Origin: Candidatus Saccharimonadia bacterium
Lineage (GTDB): Bacteria; Patescibacteriota; Saccharimonadia; UBA4664; SCTI01
DNA length: 64,000 bases
Direction: 5' to 3'
Assembly (NCBI GenBank): GCA_046597065.1
Contig: JBKJLI010000002.1
Span: forward strand, 180,071 to 244,070
The stretch's first letter is position 1, and each line of letters begins with the position of its first letter. Shown here in pieces: positions 8,235-19,641 of the stretch. The position numbers and the translations under genes were made by a program. The notes below the pieces were generated by a model. That model did not search any database, was not told where the DNA came from, and saw nothing but the letters and a program-made list of their open reading frames with translations.

Positions 8235-11200
8235 ATGGTAGAGATGTTAGACCAAACCGCCAGCGAGTTTAGTGCTGTTCGCCTAAGCCTGGCTAGCCCC
8301 AAGCAAATTTTAGACTGGTCGCACGGCGAAGTAGTCAAGCCAGAGACCATTAACTATCGCACCCAGAAGCCGGAAAAAGACGGTCTATTCTGCGAACGCA
8401 TTTTTGGACCAACCAAAGACTGGGAGTGCTACTGCGGTAAGTACAAGCGCATCCGCTATAAGGATGTGGTTTGTGATAAGTGTGGCGTGCGCGTAACACG
8501 CAGTATCGTGCGCCGCGAGCGCATGGGGCACATTAGCCTAGCTGTACCGGTTACTCACATCTGGTTCTTGCGAGGCACACCTTCAAGCATTGGCTTGGCC
8601 TTAAACATGAGCATTCGCGATTTAGAGCGGGTGGTGTACTTTGCTAACTATTTGGTTACCGAAGTTAACGACGAGCGTCGAAAAGCCGCTTTAAGCGATC
8701 TTGAAGCCGATTTTAAAACTCGCAGTGAGGACATTAAGAAAGATTATGACAAGCAAGCTGCTACAGCTGACGCTAACGTCAAAGAGTTAGCCGAGTCGCG
8801 TTCACGAGAAATAAGTGAACTTGAGGTCAGCTACCAGTCAGCCAAAAGTGAAATTGAGGGCCTAGAGCGATTGCAGCTACTAACCGAAAGCAAGTATCGT
8901 GATCTGAACATGAAATTTGGTGACGTCTTTAAGGCTGATATTGGGGCCGAAGCTGTGCGCAACCAACTAGCGTCAATTGATCTCGATCAGTTGGTTGAAA
9001 AGTTGACTAAAGAGGTTGAAGATTCCAGTGGCCAGAAGAAGAAAAAGACTCTCAAGCGCTTAAAGATGCTAGAAGGTTTGCGAAGTGCAGGTATTCGCCC
9101 AGAGTGGATGGTCACAACCGAGTTACCGGTAATTCCACCCGATTTACGCCCAATGGTGCAGCTTGCCGGTGGCCGTTTTGCCGCTAGCGATCTAAACGAT
9201 CTTTACCGCCGGGTGATCAACCGTAACAACCGGTTGAAGCGCTTGATAGAGCTTGATGCTCCAGAAGTGATTCGTCGAAACGAAAAGCGAATGTTGCAAG
9301 AGGCTGTAGATGCTTTGGTTGATAACAACGCACGGCGAGAGCGCGCCGTATCTAGTACCGGAACCCGCCGCAAGCTAAAGAGCTTAAGCGATATTCTTAA
9401 GGGTAAGCAAGGTCGATTCCGCCAGAACTTACTGGGTAAGCGTGTCGATTATTCCGGGCGATCGGTGATTGTTGCAGGACCAAACCTCAAACTTTACCAG
9501 TGTGGCTTGCCAAAAATGATGGCCTTAGAGCTGTTTAAGCCTTTCGTAATGTCTCGTTTAATCGAACAAGAGTTGGCTCACAACGTAAAAAGCGCTGGAC
9601 GCATGATTGAACGCGCCACCACCGAAGTGTGGGACGCCCTAGAAGAGATCATTAAGGAAAAGTATGTGCTATTAAACCGTGCACCGACACTTCACCGTCT
9701 CGGCATCCAAGCTTTCCGCCCGATCTTGATTGAGGGTAAGGCAATTCAATTGCACCCACTAGTATGTACCGCCTTTAACGCCGACTTTGACGGCGACCAA
9801 ATGGCCATACATGTGCCCCTATCAGCTGCTGCTCAGAATGAGGCTCGCACCATAATGTTGGCATCACGCAACTTGCTCAAGCCTGCCGATGGCGCAGCGG
9901 TAGTAAATCCCAGCCAGGATATCGTGTTGGGCTGTTACTTCTTAACCTATGATGGCGCAGATGCCAATGCTGAAGCTGCGATTAAGCACTTTGCTGATGA
10001 TAACGAGGCACTCTACGCCTACGAAACCGGTGTTTTGCCATTGCAAGCTCGAGTGACTATTCCAGTTGATGGGGCACGACTAGAGACTACAATTGGGCGC
10101 ATCATCTTTAATGAGGTGCTACCTAAGGGCATTGAGTTCCATAACGAAACAATGACCAAAAAGAAGCTCCAGGCTTTAGTAGCGAAAGTGTTCGTTGAGG
10201 TCGGCCCTGAAGCCACCGCCATCTTTGTAGATGATATGAAAGACCTTGGTTTTAAACACGCTACATTGTCGGGCTTATCGATCGGCGTAGATGACTTTGT
10301 AGTCCCTGCGAACAAGGAAGAGTTGATCAACGACGGTGAAAGCCAGGTAGTTGACATCGCAAACCAGTTTGAAATGGGCTTGATTACCGAAGAAGAGCGT
10401 TATCGCCGAACTATCGAAGTTTGGCAGAAGACCAACGAGATCATTAAGTCTGAACTAGAGGCCGGGTTGGCTCACACCAAGGCTACTATTGGTCTTTACA
10501 TTGACTCAGGTGCTCGTGGTGACATCAGCCAGGCTAACCAGATTTCGGGAATGCTTGGATTAGTTAACAACCCAACCGGCCGTATCATCGAACTACCAAT
10601 TCGTTCCAACTATAAAGAAGGCTTTTCGATGCTGGAGTACTTTAGCTCGACCCACGGTGCTCGCAAGGGCCTAACCGATACTGCGCTCAAGACTGCCGAA
10701 TCGGGCTACCTGACCCGCCGCTTGGTGGATGTTTCACAAGATGTCATCGTGACTCAGCCAGACTGCAAAGACACCAAAGGTACATTAATTAGCGTGCGCG
10801 AGTCTGAGGCAATTGGTGAAAGCTTCAAAGCGCGATTAGCGGGCCGGGTGGCCGCACAAGCCATCAAAACCGACGGCAAAACTTTGGTTAAGGCCGGTCA
10901 TCTAATTACCGACACCGACGCCGATGCCGTGGTTGCAGCCGGTATTGAAGAAGTACGGCTGCGCAGCATGTTAACTTGTGCCACTCATTGGGGTGTTTGC
11001 CAGAAGTGTTACGGTGTAGATCTGGCTCGCGGCAAGATGGTTGAACTTGGTGAGCCGGTTGGCGTTATCGCCGCTCAAAGCATTGGCGAGCCTGGCACGC
11101 AATTGACGATGCGTACCTTCCATAAGGGTGTGGCCGCAACCGGAGTCGATATTACTCAGGGTCTACCTCGAGTTGAGGAAATCTTTGAGGCCCGTTCACC

Positions 11201-12143
11201 TAAGGGGCAGGCGGTCTTGGCTGAAATCGATGGAATTGTCAGCGTTAAAGAAAGCGCCGGTAAATCGACCATCCGAGTAACACCTGCCAACGTAAAAATC
11301 ACCGAATATGAGCTTGGTGAACGTATCCCAGAGATTAAGACCGGTGACAAAGTGCTGGTTGGTGATGTTATGGCCGTTGATGGCAAGGGTAAGAAGGCTC
11401 TGAAAGCCAAACAAGAGGGCGTAGTTGAGGTCACCAAAGATAAGATTTTGCTAACTCACGCCGGCGGCGTGCATCGCGACCACGTGGTTCCAGCCTATCA
11501 GGCAATCGAAATTAGCAATGGAGATTTGGTGACACGTGGCCAACGGTTAACCGAAGGTTCAATCAATCTTCAAGATATGTTGACGTTGCTCGGTGAAGAG
11601 GCAGTGCAACACTACATCATTGGTGAGGTTCAATCGATTTATGCCTCGCAAGGTCAGGCGATTGCCGATAAGCATATCGAGATCATCATTCGACAAATGT
11701 TCTCGCGGGTACAGATTGAAGAGCCAGGCGATAGTTTGTTTGTAACCGGTGATATAACTTCTAAGATGGGTGTAATCGAAGAGAATGCTGAACTGGTAAC
11801 CTCCAAAAAGAAGCCGGCTACCTATGAGCAGTTACTACTACCGATCACCAAAATTTCAATTTCGTCAGATTCGTTCTTGAGCGCTGCCAGTTTCCAAGAC
11901 ACTAGCCGTGTGTTGATTGCTGCCGCTATTCGGGGTAAACGCGACAAGCTCCGGGGTCTCAAAGAGAACGTGATCATCGGCCGTTTGATTCCAGTTGGAA
12001 CCGGTTTCGGCATCGATGCTGCTGCTATCGAAGCAGCTAGAATAGCTTCTGATGCCAAGCTAGCGTTGGCTGGTGCTAAGGCCGCCGCTGCCACCGAGTT
12101 GGTCGCTGCCAATGCCGATCAACAGATTGACGAAACTAACTAA
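8235..12143 (+). CDS. rpoC: DNA-directed RNA polymerase subunit beta'
   Basis: 1302-aa RpoC with Zn-finger CYCGKYK..CDKCGV and NADFDGD catalytic motif. Confidence 0.97.
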   Translation: MVEMLDQTASEFSAVRLSLASPKQILDWSHGEVVKPETINYRTQKPEKDGLFCERIFGPTKDWECYCGKYKRIRYKDVVCDKCGVRVTRSIVRRERMGHISLAVPVTHIWFLRGTPSSIGLALNMSIRDLERVVYFANYLVTEVNDERRKAALSDLEADFKTRSEDIKKDYDKQAATADANVKELAESRSREISELEVSYQSAKSEIEGLERLQLLTESKYRDLNMKFGDVFKADIGAEAVRNQLASIDLDQLVEKLTKEVEDSSGQKKKKTLKRLKMLEGLRSAGIRPEWMVTTELPVIPPDLRPMVQLAGGRFAASDLNDLYRRVINRNNRLKRLIELDAPEVIRRNEKRMLQEAVDALVDNNARRERAVSSTGTRRKLKSLSDILKGKQGRFRQNLLGKRVDYSGRSVIVAGPNLKLYQCGLPKMMALELFKPFVMSRLIEQELAHNVKSAGRMIERATTEVWDALEEIIKEKYVLLNRAPTLHRLGIQAFRPILIEGKAIQLHPLVCTAFNADFDGDQMAIHVPLSAAAQNEARTIMLASRNLLKPADGAAVVNPSQDIVLGCYFLTYDGADANAEAAIKHFADDNEALYAYETGVLPLQARVTIPVDGARLETTIGRIIFNEVLPKGIEFHNETMTKKKLQALVAKVFVEVGPEATAIFVDDMKDLGFKHATLSGLSIGVDDFVVPANKEELINDGESQVVDIANQFEMGLITEEERYRRTIEVWQKTNEIIKSELEAGLAHTKATIGLYIDSGARGDISQANQISGMLGLVNNPTGRIIELPIRSNYKEGFSMLEYFSSTHGARKGLTDTALKTAESGYLTRRLVDVSQDVIVTQPDCKDTKGTLISVRESEAIGESFKARLAGRVAAQAIKTDGKTLVKAGHLITDTDADAVVAAGIEEVRLRSMLTCATHWGVCQKCYGVDLARGKMVELGEPVGVIAAQSIGEPGTQLTMRTFHKGVAATGVDITQGLPRVEEIFEARSPKGQAVLAEIDGIVSVKESAGKSTIRVTPANVKITEYELGERIPEIKTGDKVLVGDVMAVDGKGKKALKAKQEGVVEVTKDKILLTHAGGVHRDHVVPAYQAIEISNGDLVTRGQRLTEGSINLQDMLTLLGEEAVQHYIIGEVQSIYASQGQAIADKHIEIIIRQMFSRVQIEEPGDSLFVTGDITSKMGVIEENAELVTSKKKPATYEQLLLPITKISISSDSFLSAASFQDTSRVLIAAAIRGKRDKLRGLKENVIIGRLIPVGTGFGIDAAAIEAARIASDAKLALAGAKAAAATELVAANADQQIDETN

Positions 12144-12179
12144 AGCTGATTAAATAGTCAGGTCAAACACAGGAAATCC

Positions 12180-12596
12180 ATGCCAACCATTAACCAGTTA
12201 ATTCGCAAACCCCGTCAGGATAAGGCTCGCAAGTCTAAGGTCCCGGCACTCGGTCGTACGCTCAACGCCTTAAAGGGCAAGAGTTACGATAAAGCCTCGC
12301 CCTTAAAGCGAGGGGTTTGTACTAAGGTGTCGACCACTACGCCTAAAAAGCCAAACTCGGCTTTGCGCAAGATCGCCCGTGTCCGGTTGACTAATGGCAT
12401 GGAAGTAACCGCCTACATTCCCGGAGAAGCCCATAACTTGCAAGAGCATAGTGTGGTGCTGATCCGAGGCGGTCGTGTTAAAGATCTTCCGGGTGTTCGT
12501 TACCATATTGTGCGTGGCGCCCTTGATACTGCCGGAGTCTCTGGTCGTAAGCAGGGTCGCAGCAAGTACGGAACCAAGAAAGAAAAATCCGCTTAA
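12180..12596 (+). CDS. rpsL: 30S ribosomal protein S12 (with ~13-aa N-terminal-region insertion)
   Basis: [10 protein letters not shown] and [16 protein letters not shown] motifs. Confidence 0.95.
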   Translation: MPTINQLIRKPRQDKARKSKVPALGRTLNALKGKSYDKASPLKRGVCTKVSTTTPKKPNSALRKIARVRLTNGMEVTAYIPGEAHNLQEHSVVLIRGGRVKDLPGVRYHIVRGALDTAGVSGRKQGRSKYGTKKEKSA

Positions 12597-12663
12597 ATCA
12601 ACCAAGCAAGCCCAGCGCCAAATGGCGGCGCAGACGGGCAGTAACTCTTGAAAGGAGTGAAGC

Positions 12664-13140
12664 ATGCCACGCAAGAAAACCAAATCCTTCCAACGCGATA
12701 TCGCCCCCGATCTTCAGTATCAGAGCGTTTTGCTTTCAAAGATGATCAACAAGGTCATGAAAAGTGGCAAGAAGCGACTGGCTGAAGGCCTAATGTATGG
12801 TGCCATGGATGAGATTAAAGACAAGTTAAAAACCGAGCCACTCGAAGTTTTTGAAGGTGCTATTAAAAATGTTTCACCACAAGTGCAGGTTCGCGCCAAA
12901 CGTATTGGCGGAGCAACCTACCAGGTACCAATGGAAGTTCGTGGTGACCGCAAAATTCATCTTGCCATGGTCTGGATATTAACTGCAGCCCGGGCCAAAT
13001 CCGGTAGCTCCTTTGATAAGCGGTTAGCCCGCGAGCTGATGGATGCATACAACAACACTGGCGATGCCATCAAGAAAAAAGAAGATACCCACCGCATGGC
13101 CGAAGCCAACAAAGCTTTTGCTCACTTTGCGCGATATTAA
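12664..13140 (+). CDS. rpsG: 30S ribosomal protein S7
   Basis: S7 family sequence; str operon position. Confidence 0.95.
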   Translation: MPRKKTKSFQRDIAPDLQYQSVLLSKMINKVMKSGKKRLAEGLMYGAMDEIKDKLKTEPLEVFEGAIKNVSPQVQVRAKRIGGATYQVPMEVRGDRKIHLAMVWILTAARAKSGSSFDKRLARELMDAYNNTGDAIKKKEDTHRMAEANKAFAHFARY

Positions 13141-13170
13141 CCACTAATTTAGAGGGAAGAGACCAACCCC

Positions 13171-15258
13171 ATGGCCCGAGAGTATAGTTTAGAAAACACC
13201 CGTAACATTGGCATTATTGCCCACATCGACGCTGGTAAAACAACCGTTACCGAGCGGGTACTCTACTACACCGGTAAAACCCACAAAATAGGTGAGGTTC
13301 ACCAGGGTGAAGCCACGATGGACTGGATGGAGCAAGAGCAGGAGCGCGGAATTACCATTACCAGCGCTGCTACAACCTGTTTTTGGGATGGTCATCGCAT
13401 TAATATTATTGATACGCCAGGTCACGTTGACTTTACAGTTGAGGTTGAGCGAAGCTTGCGCGTACTTGATGGTGGCGCGGCCATTTTTGACGGCGTTGCT
13501 GGCGTTGAGCCGCAAAGTGAAACGGTTTGGCGTCAGGCTGACAAGTATGAGGTACCGCGCATCTGTTTCATTAACAAGATGGACCGAACAGGTGCTGATT
13601 TTTACGCCGATGTTAAGAGCATCCACACTCGTTTAAGCAAGAACGCTGTAGTGATCCAGCTGCCGATTGGCTCCGAGGCTAGTTTTGCTGGCATTATCGA
13701 CTTAGTCAAAATGAACGCGGTCGTTTTTAAAGATGATATGGGTAAGGTATTCGAGGTGGTTGAGATCCCCGAAAACATGAAGGCCGATGCCAGCAAGTAT
13801 CGCGCCATGTTGCTAGAACGGGTGGCCGAAACCGACGAGGAGCTGCTCAACACATTTATTGAGACCAATGATCTTAGCGAGGAGCAGATTGTAAAAGGTC
13901 TGCGCAAAGCCACTTTGGCCAACCAGCTTTACCCAGTACTGTGTGGATCGGCATTAAAAAATAAAGGCGTGCAACAGCTGTTAGACGCTGTAAACGCTTA
14001 TCTCCCCAGCCCGCTGGATGTCGGCCCGGTAAGTGGCACCGACCCTAAGACCGGCGACGAGATTACCCGTGAGCCTAGCGATAGCGAGCCATTTAGCGCC
14101 TTAGCGTTTAAAATCGCCGCCGATCCCTTTGTAGGTAAGCTGGCTTTCTTTAGGGTATATTCCGGTAGCCTAAAGTCAGGATCGTACGTTTTAAATTCGA
14201 GTACAGGTGAAAAAGAGCGCATTGGACGAGTTCTCCGCATGCACGCGAATAGTCGCGAAGAGGTTCAAGAGGTGTTCTCTGGTGAAATCGCCGCCGCTGT
14301 GGGCCTAAAGAATACCATTACCGGCCATACGCTTAGCGATACGGCCAAACCAATTATTCTAGAATCAATCACCTTCCCAGAGCCGGTTATCCAGATCGCA
14401 ATTGAACCTAAAACTAAGGCTGATCAAGAAAAAATGAGTATAGCGCTGCAACGCTTGGCCGAGGAAGATCCAACGTTTCGCGTTCAAAGTGATCATGAAA
14501 CCGGGCAGACCTTAATAAATGGTATGGGTGAGCTTCATTTAGACATCATCGTAGATCGGATGAAGCGTGAGTTTAAGGTTGAGGCAAATATTGGTAAACC
14601 CCAAGTTGCTTATCGTGAAACCATTCGTAAAGCTGCCAAAGAGCAGGGTAAGTTTGTACGTCAGTCGGGTGGCCGTGGTCAGTACGGCGACGTCTGGCTT
14701 GAGCTTTCACCGCAAGAGCCGGGCGATGGTTTCGAATTTGAAAATGCTATTGTTGGTGGCGCCATTCCGCGTGAGTTTATTAAGCCGGTTGAACAGGGGG
14801 TAAAAGAGGCCATGCAAAATGGCGTACTGGCCGGTTATCCAGTGGTAGATGTAAAAGTAAAGCTTTATGACGGTTCATACCATGACGTTGACTCGAATGA
14901 AATGGCCTTTAAAATTGCAGGTTCGATGGGCTTTCAAGCCGCTGCTAAAAAGGCGGATCCGGTAATTCTAGAGCCAATCATGAAGGTAGAGGTGACTACA
15001 CCAGAAGAGTTCATGGGCGATGTCATTGGCGATTTAAATAGTAAGCGTGGCCGCATCCAGGAAATGACCGATCGTGGCCAGGCAAAGGTTGTTAGTGCAT
15101 ACGTACCACTTGGTGAAATGTTCGGTTATACCACCACCCTACGATCAATGACGCAAGGGCGAGCAAGTAACTCAATGGAGTTTGATCACTACGAGGCTGT
15201 TCCACCCAACGTAGCCGAAGAGATCATTGGCAAACGTGCTGCGGATAAAAGCGCCTAA
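13171..15258 (+). CDS. fusA: elongation factor G
   Basis: GTPase G-domain AHIDAGKTT, 695 aa. Confidence 0.95.
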   Translation: MAREYSLENTRNIGIIAHIDAGKTTVTERVLYYTGKTHKIGEVHQGEATMDWMEQEQERGITITSAATTCFWDGHRINIIDTPGHVDFTVEVERSLRVLDGGAAIFDGVAGVEPQSETVWRQADKYEVPRICFINKMDRTGADFYADVKSIHTRLSKNAVVIQLPIGSEASFAGIIDLVKMNAVVFKDDMGKVFEVVEIPENMKADASKYRAMLLERVAETDEELLNTFIETNDLSEEQIVKGLRKATLANQLYPVLCGSALKNKGVQQLLDAVNAYLPSPLDVGPVSGTDPKTGDEITREPSDSEPFSALAFKIAADPFVGKLAFFRVYSGSLKSGSYVLNSSTGEKERIGRVLRMHANSREEVQEVFSGEIAAAVGLKNTITGHTLSDTAKPIILESITFPEPVIQIAIEPKTKADQEKMSIALQRLAEEDPTFRVQSDHETGQTLINGMGELHLDIIVDRMKREFKVEANIGKPQVAYRETIRKAAKEQGKFVRQSGGRGQYGDVWLELSPQEPGDGFEFENAIVGGAIPREFIKPVEQGVKEAMQNGVLAGYPVVDVKVKLYDGSYHDVDSNEMAFKIAGSMGFQAAAKKADPVILEPIMKVEVTTPEEFMGDVIGDLNSKRGRIQEMTDRGQAKVVSAYVPLGEMFGYTTTLRSMTQGRASNSMEFDHYEAVPPNVAEEIIGKRAADKSA

Positions 15259-15394
15259 GTAACCTCTTTACAAGGTGGTTTTTACTCCTTATACTTAGGA
15301 GGTCCAATTGGGCGATAATTTTTATTGTCCAAAAACGAGAAGGCCGAGGTCTTCTAGTAATAGATAGAAATGATAGCAAACTTAAGGAGAAATA

Positions 15395-16570
15395 ATGGCT
15401 GAGTTTAAACGAGATAAGCCCCACGTTAACGTAGGTACCATGGGTCATGTTGATCATGGCAAAACCACTTTAACTGCCGCCATCACCGCGGTGTTGGCCA
15501 AGCGCCTACCAGATGATATTAACAAGCCGGTCGCTTACGACCAGATTGATAACGCCCCCGAAGAGCGCCAGCGTGGTATCACCATTGCTACCTCTCACCA
15601 AGAGTACAACTCAGCCAAGCGACACTACGCCCACGTTGATATGCCCGGTCACGCTGATTATGTAAAGAACATGATTACCGGTGCCGCTCAGATCGATGGA
15701 GCCATTTTAGTAGTTTCGGCCGCCGACGGCCCAATGCCCCAAACTCGTGAGCACTTGTTGTTGGCACGTCAGGTTGGCGTACCTTACGTATTGGTCTTCA
15801 TGAACAAGATGGACACAGCAGATGCTGAGCTAGCGGAGCTGGTAGAAATCGAAATTCGCGAGCTGTTAGCTAAGGAGGGCTTCGACGAGAACGCTCCGAT
15901 TATCAAGGGCTCAGCTCTTAAAGCGCTAGAAGGCGACGAGAAGTATGAAGATGCGATCATGGAATTGGTTGAGGCTATGGACGAAAGTGTCCCAGAGCCA
16001 AAGCGTGAAGTTGATAAGCCATTCTTAATGCCTATCGAAGACGTTTTCTCGATTAAGGGTCGTGGCACCGTTGCCACCGGGCGCATTGAGCAAGGCAAGT
16101 TACACGTCAACGATGAAGTTGAAATTGTTGGTATCAAGGATTCCCGCAAAACCGTCGTAACCGGTGTTGAAATGTTCAAGAAACTACTGCCAGATGCTCA
16201 CGCCGGCGATAATGTTGGTGCATTGCTGCGCGGCATCGAACGCACCGATATTGAGCGTGGACAAGTACTAGCCAAGCCAGGTTCTATTACTCCCCATACC
16301 GAATTCGAGTGTGAGGTTTATGTTTTGAAGAAAGAGGAGGGTGGTCGACACACTCCATTCCTAAAGGGCTACAAGCCACAGTTTTACATCCGTACCACCG
16401 ATGTTACCGGAGAGATCCAGTTCGAAGGTGAAATGGTGATGCCAGGTGATACCGTTCAAATGAAGGTTAAGCTGATTGCTCCGATTGCCATGGACGATGG
16501 TTTGCGTTTCGCTATCCGTGAAGGCGGCCGAACAGTCGGCGCCGGCGTGGTAACAAAGATTACCAAGTAG
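15395..16570 (+). CDS. tuf: elongation factor Tu
   Basis: [25 protein letters not shown] motifs; 391 aa. Confidence 0.97.
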   Translation: MAEFKRDKPHVNVGTMGHVDHGKTTLTAAITAVLAKRLPDDINKPVAYDQIDNAPEERQRGITIATSHQEYNSAKRHYAHVDMPGHADYVKNMITGAAQIDGAILVVSAADGPMPQTREHLLLARQVGVPYVLVFMNKMDTADAELAELVEIEIRELLAKEGFDENAPIIKGSALKALEGDEKYEDAIMELVEAMDESVPEPKREVDKPFLMPIEDVFSIKGRGTVATGRIEQGKLHVNDEVEIVGIKDSRKTVVTGVEMFKKLLPDAHAGDNVGALLRGIERTDIERGQVLAKPGSITPHTEFECEVYVLKKEEGGRHTPFLKGYKPQFYIRTTDVTGEIQFEGEMVMPGDTVQMKVKLIAPIAMDDGLRFAIREGGRTVGAGVVTKITK

Positions 16571-16583
16571 ATCGAATAGCCCG

Positions 16584-16910
16584 ATGGCCAAAGACGAAAC
16601 AGCACCTAAACAACGAATCCGCATCCGCCTAAAAGCCTATGATAACAAAGTCATAGACCAGTCGGCTAAGCAGATTCTTGATACCGCCACACGTACTGGT
16701 GCCAAAGTAGCTGGACCGATACCACTGCCCACTGAGCGAGTGGTTACTACGGTTATCAAAAGTCCGCATATTTTCAAAAAAGGTCGCGAGCAGTTTGAAA
16801 TGCGCACACATAAACGGCTGATAGATATCACCGAACCAACCGCTAAAACTGTTGATTCGCTGATGAACCTGAATCTACCAGCAGGAGTCGACATCGAAAT
16901 AAAGATGTAG
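16584..16910 (+). CDS. rpsJ: 30S ribosomal protein S10
   Basis: S10 family; directly follows tuf rather than preceding rplC. Confidence 0.95.
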   Translation: MAKDETAPKQRIRIRLKAYDNKVIDQSAKQILDTATRTGAKVAGPIPLPTERVVTTVIKSPHIFKKGREQFEMRTHKRLIDITEPTAKTVDSLMNLNLPAGVDIEIKM

Positions 16911-16929
16911 GTTTCGTTTCCCAATCAAT

Positions 16930-16953
16930 AGCCGCCTCCGGGCGGCTTTTTTG
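16930..16953 (+). terminator. intrinsic terminator after rpsJ (AGCCGCC-TCCG-GGCGGCT + TTTTTT)
   Basis: 7-bp GC stem, tetraloop, 6-U tract. Confidence 0.6.
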
Positions 16954-17011
16954 GTTGGCTTGCATAAAAAAAGCATTAGCGTTATGTTAAGGCTATAAAT
17001 GGAGTACGTTA

Positions 17012-17638
17012 ATGAGGCGTTACACAGTTGAGTTTATTGGTACATTTTTTCTGTTATTAACCGTTGGATTATCTGCTAATCCATTGGCTATAGGGGCGGT
17101 ATTGGCGGCATTGGTTTACGTGGGTGGTTACATATCCGGCGCGCATTACAACCCAGCAGTAACGCTTGCTGTAGTTATGCGTGGCAAGCTTAGCAGCAAC
17201 GACGGCTTAAAGTATGTGCTAGCACAATTATTAGGTGCGGTGGCAGCGGCAGCGGCATTCTTTTCGATCAAGGGAGAAATTCTAGCTGTGGCACCGGCGG
17301 GAGGAATAGATTTTAACACCGCCCTGCTGGTTGAAATCTTGTTCACTTTCTTACTTGCCTTTACTGTCCTAAATGTTGCCACCAGCAAAAAAACCGATGG
17401 TAACCAGTATTACGGCTTGGCAATTGGCCTAGCCCTAATGGTCGGCGCATTCAGCGGTGGATCGATTTCGGGTGGCGCCTTCAATCCTGCAGTTGGTGTT
17501 GGCCCGCTATTCTTTAACATCAGCGAATTTAGCCAGCACTGGAGCGACTTTTGGCTGTATCTAATAGGCCCATTGGCTGGCGGCGCCTTGGCCGCACTGG
17601 TATTTAGAGCAATCACGCCCGATAGTGAGCTTAAATAG
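17012..17638 (+). CDS. MIP/aquaporin family channel protein (short, 208 aa)
   Basis: Two NPA boxes (HYNPAVT, AFNPAVG) and six hydrophobic segments. Confidence 0.8.
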   Translation: MRRYTVEFIGTFFLLLTVGLSANPLAIGAVLAALVYVGGYISGAHYNPAVTLAVVMRGKLSSNDGLKYVLAQLLGAVAAAAAFFSIKGEILAVAPAGGIDFNTALLVEILFTFLLAFTVLNVATSKKTDGNQYYGLAIGLALMVGAFSGGSISGGAFNPAVGVGPLFFNISEFSQHWSDFWLYLIGPLAGGALAALVFRAITPDSELK

Positions 17639-17773
17639 ATTAAATACAGCACGTTAGTGCATTATTACAAAAAGCAGTAATAATATTAACTAAAATTAGT
17701 AAGAAACAACTAATGCTTTCATCTCCACCTGAGAGCAATCTTAAGTTACGTTTAATTAAGTGGAGGTATTTGC

Positions 17774-18319
17774 ATGAAAGCATACCTAAATAACATCTGG
17801 TGGATGTTGGTCGTACGCGGGCTGCTGCTGCTCGTATTCGGCTTTATCGCTATATTTTGGCCCGGCCTAACCGCCTATGCCTTTTTAGTGGCTTTTGCCA
17901 TCTATGTCATATTAGCCGGCGTTATTAACGTTGTAACCAGCTTAACCGGCGTCGGCCGAATGTCGCTTTGGTTTTTAGAGCTAGTGCTGGGCGTGTTCCA
18001 GGTTGGAATTGGTATTTATGCCATTCGTCAGCCGGGCGTAACTTTGGCCACCTTGATTGTGTTGGTTGGTCTGACATTCGTGGTTCGGGGTATATTTGAA
18101 ATTGTTTCGGCATTTACCGATGAGTCGAATTCAAATACCAAGGCGCTCACAACCGTAGCGGGCATTCTTAGCCTTGCCACCGGAGTGGTGGTATGGTTTT
18201 ACCCTGCAGCCAGCGGATTAGCCTTCGTTTGGATCATTGGCGCATACGCGTTAATTTCTGGCCCGGTGTTAATCGCTCTTGGGTTAGATACCAAAGCGCT
18301 AGCTAGCCGTAGCGTTTAG
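17774..18319 (+). CDS. HdeD-like DUF308 membrane protein
   Basis: Repetitive glycine-spaced TM helices typical of DUF308/HdeD; 181 aa. Confidence 0.6.
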   Translation: MKAYLNNIWWMLVVRGLLLLVFGFIAIFWPGLTAYAFLVAFAIYVILAGVINVVTSLTGVGRMSLWFLELVLGVFQVGIGIYAIRQPGVTLATLIVLVGLTFVVRGIFEIVSAFTDESNSNTKALTTVAGILSLATGVVVWFYPAASGLAFVWIIGAYALISGPVLIALGLDTKALASRSV

Positions 18320-18341
18320 TTTAGTTCTAGCAGACGATTTT

Positions 18342-18376
18342 AAAGGGAGCCATGTGGCTCCCTTTGGCGTTTTGGT
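18342..18376 (+). terminator. intrinsic terminator (AAAGGGAGCCA-TG-TGGCTCCCTTT then GGCGTTTTGG)
   Basis: 11-bp perfect stem followed by U-rich tract. Confidence 0.5.
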
Positions 18377-18404
18377 TGCATCGACTTAGCATAAGCGCTA
18401 TTAT
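18376..18404 (+). promoter_or_regulatory. sigma70-like promoter (TTGCAT-17-TATTAT) for small ORF
   Basis: Hexamers and spacing read from sequence. Confidence 0.3.
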
Positions 18405-18439
18405 CAGATTACAAATAGCAAAAAAGAGGATTTATAATT

Positions 18440-18562
18440 ATGGCAAAGAAAATCTGCAAAGATTGCAAATCAGCGGTAGAGGTTAAGGCCTGCCGTAATG
18501 CCAGTTGTCGCCACAAGGCTAGCTCACATGGCCACTGCGCCAAGGGCCATCACGTAAAGTAG
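18440..18562 (+). CDS. unannotated 40-aa cationic Cys/His-rich small protein (MAKKICKDCKSAVEVKACRNASCRHKASSHGHCAKGHHVK)
   Basis: ATG with AAGAGGA SD 11 nt upstream; CxxC-x8-CxxxxC plus HGHC; below the 60-aa ORF-track cutoff. Confidence 0.45.
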   Translation: MAKKICKDCKSAVEVKACRNASCRHKASSHGHCAKGHHVK

Positions 18563-18574
18563 GCTGTTATAAGC

Positions 18575-19033
18575 ATGACCACCAAACGGCGTCGAGTTAC
18601 TCGTAGTGGCAATAGAAACACTATTGCAGCCGGGTTTGGTAATCGCCGCTGGTACAATCTGCCCGATTGGGCTCGGATATGGCTATGCGACGCCGCCGGC
18701 TGGATTGCCCTGGCTTTAGCCTTAATTCTGTCGCCTACAGCGCTTTTAGCAGTTGTCTTGGGGGTTCACGCCTTACCATTAGAGTTTTTTGGAATACCTG
18801 GAACAGCCAACGGCGTAGGCTTAGCTGCTGTTGCCCTAATTATGCAGTTTGGGCTGTTAGCTTTATCGGTTAAGCCGTTATTCGCAAAACGTCGAGTGGG
18901 TTGGGGATGGTTATTGGCCGCGGCGGTTGTGCATCTGGGTCAAAGCATCCTGTTGCAGCATGCCATAACCGGAACAATGCAGTTGTTGATCGCTATATAT
19001 ATCTATTGGCAGGTTAGGCCTCGATTTAAGTAA
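18575..19033 (+). CDS. small polytopic membrane protein, paralog A
   Basis: Basic N-terminus then 3-4 TM helices; clearly alignable to the next ORF (ILSP..LLA..ALP..G..LFA+..GW..H..IL..Q+R..K). Confidence 0.55.
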   Translation: MTTKRRRVTRSGNRNTIAAGFGNRRWYNLPDWARIWLCDAAGWIALALALILSPTALLAVVLGVHALPLEFFGIPGTANGVGLAAVALIMQFGLLALSVKPLFAKRRVGWGWLLAAAVVHLGQSILLQHAITGTMQLLIAIYIYWQVRPRFK

Positions 19034-19095
19034 GAAAATTGGAATATTTAAGCTTAAGTAGTATGATTGGCTTAAGTAAGCGGGAATTTTGAATC

Positions 19096-19566
19096 ATGGC
19101 AGAAAAAGCACACAAAGCATCGGGTGAAAAGCCACCCCAAGATGTAATGGGATGGCTGGAATATTACTTAGTTAAGAAAGCGCCGGTGCAGTTACCAGTT
19201 GGCGCCAAGGACTGGATCGTAAGGTATATGCCTTGGATCAACGTGGTAATTTTGGTGATTTTATCACCTGCAATTTTATTGGCACTAGGCATCGGCGTCA
19301 TAGCGCTGCCATTCAGTGCGCTGGCAGGTGTAGGCGCAGCAACCGGATTATCGATAGCCCTAGCGGCTTTAGTAGTAGAGATAATCCTCATGATTATGGC
19401 GCTGCCGGGTTTATTCGCGCGTAAAATAAGCGGTTGGAATCTTACCTTTTATTCGGTGGTGGCTAGCTTGGCACACTCGATATTAGTATTTAATGTATTC
19501 GGTGGGTTGGTGTCGGCTGTGATTGGTGCATACGTGCTTTTCCAAATACGCAGTTACTACAAGTAA
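19096..19566 (+). CDS. small polytopic membrane protein, paralog B
   Basis: Tandem paralog of 18575-19033. Confidence 0.55.
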   Translation: MAEKAHKASGEKPPQDVMGWLEYYLVKKAPVQLPVGAKDWIVRYMPWINVVILVILSPAILLALGIGVIALPFSALAGVGAATGLSIALAALVVEIILMIMALPGLFARKISGWNLTFYSVVASLAHSILVFNVFGGLVSAVIGAYVLFQIRSYYK

Positions 19567-19641
19567 TTCAGATATAACTTCTCGCAACACGGCCACTCGG
19601 CCGTGTTTGCTTTTTGATCGGTTAGGTCAAATAATGATGAC

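Noticed and set aside
5040-11437. Numerous 60-125-aa antisense ORFs inside rpoB/rpoC (e.g. 5499-5762, 6960-7331, 10019-10357, 11156-11437)
   Set aside because: Entirely embedded opposite highly conserved genes with no start context. Typical shadow ORFs.
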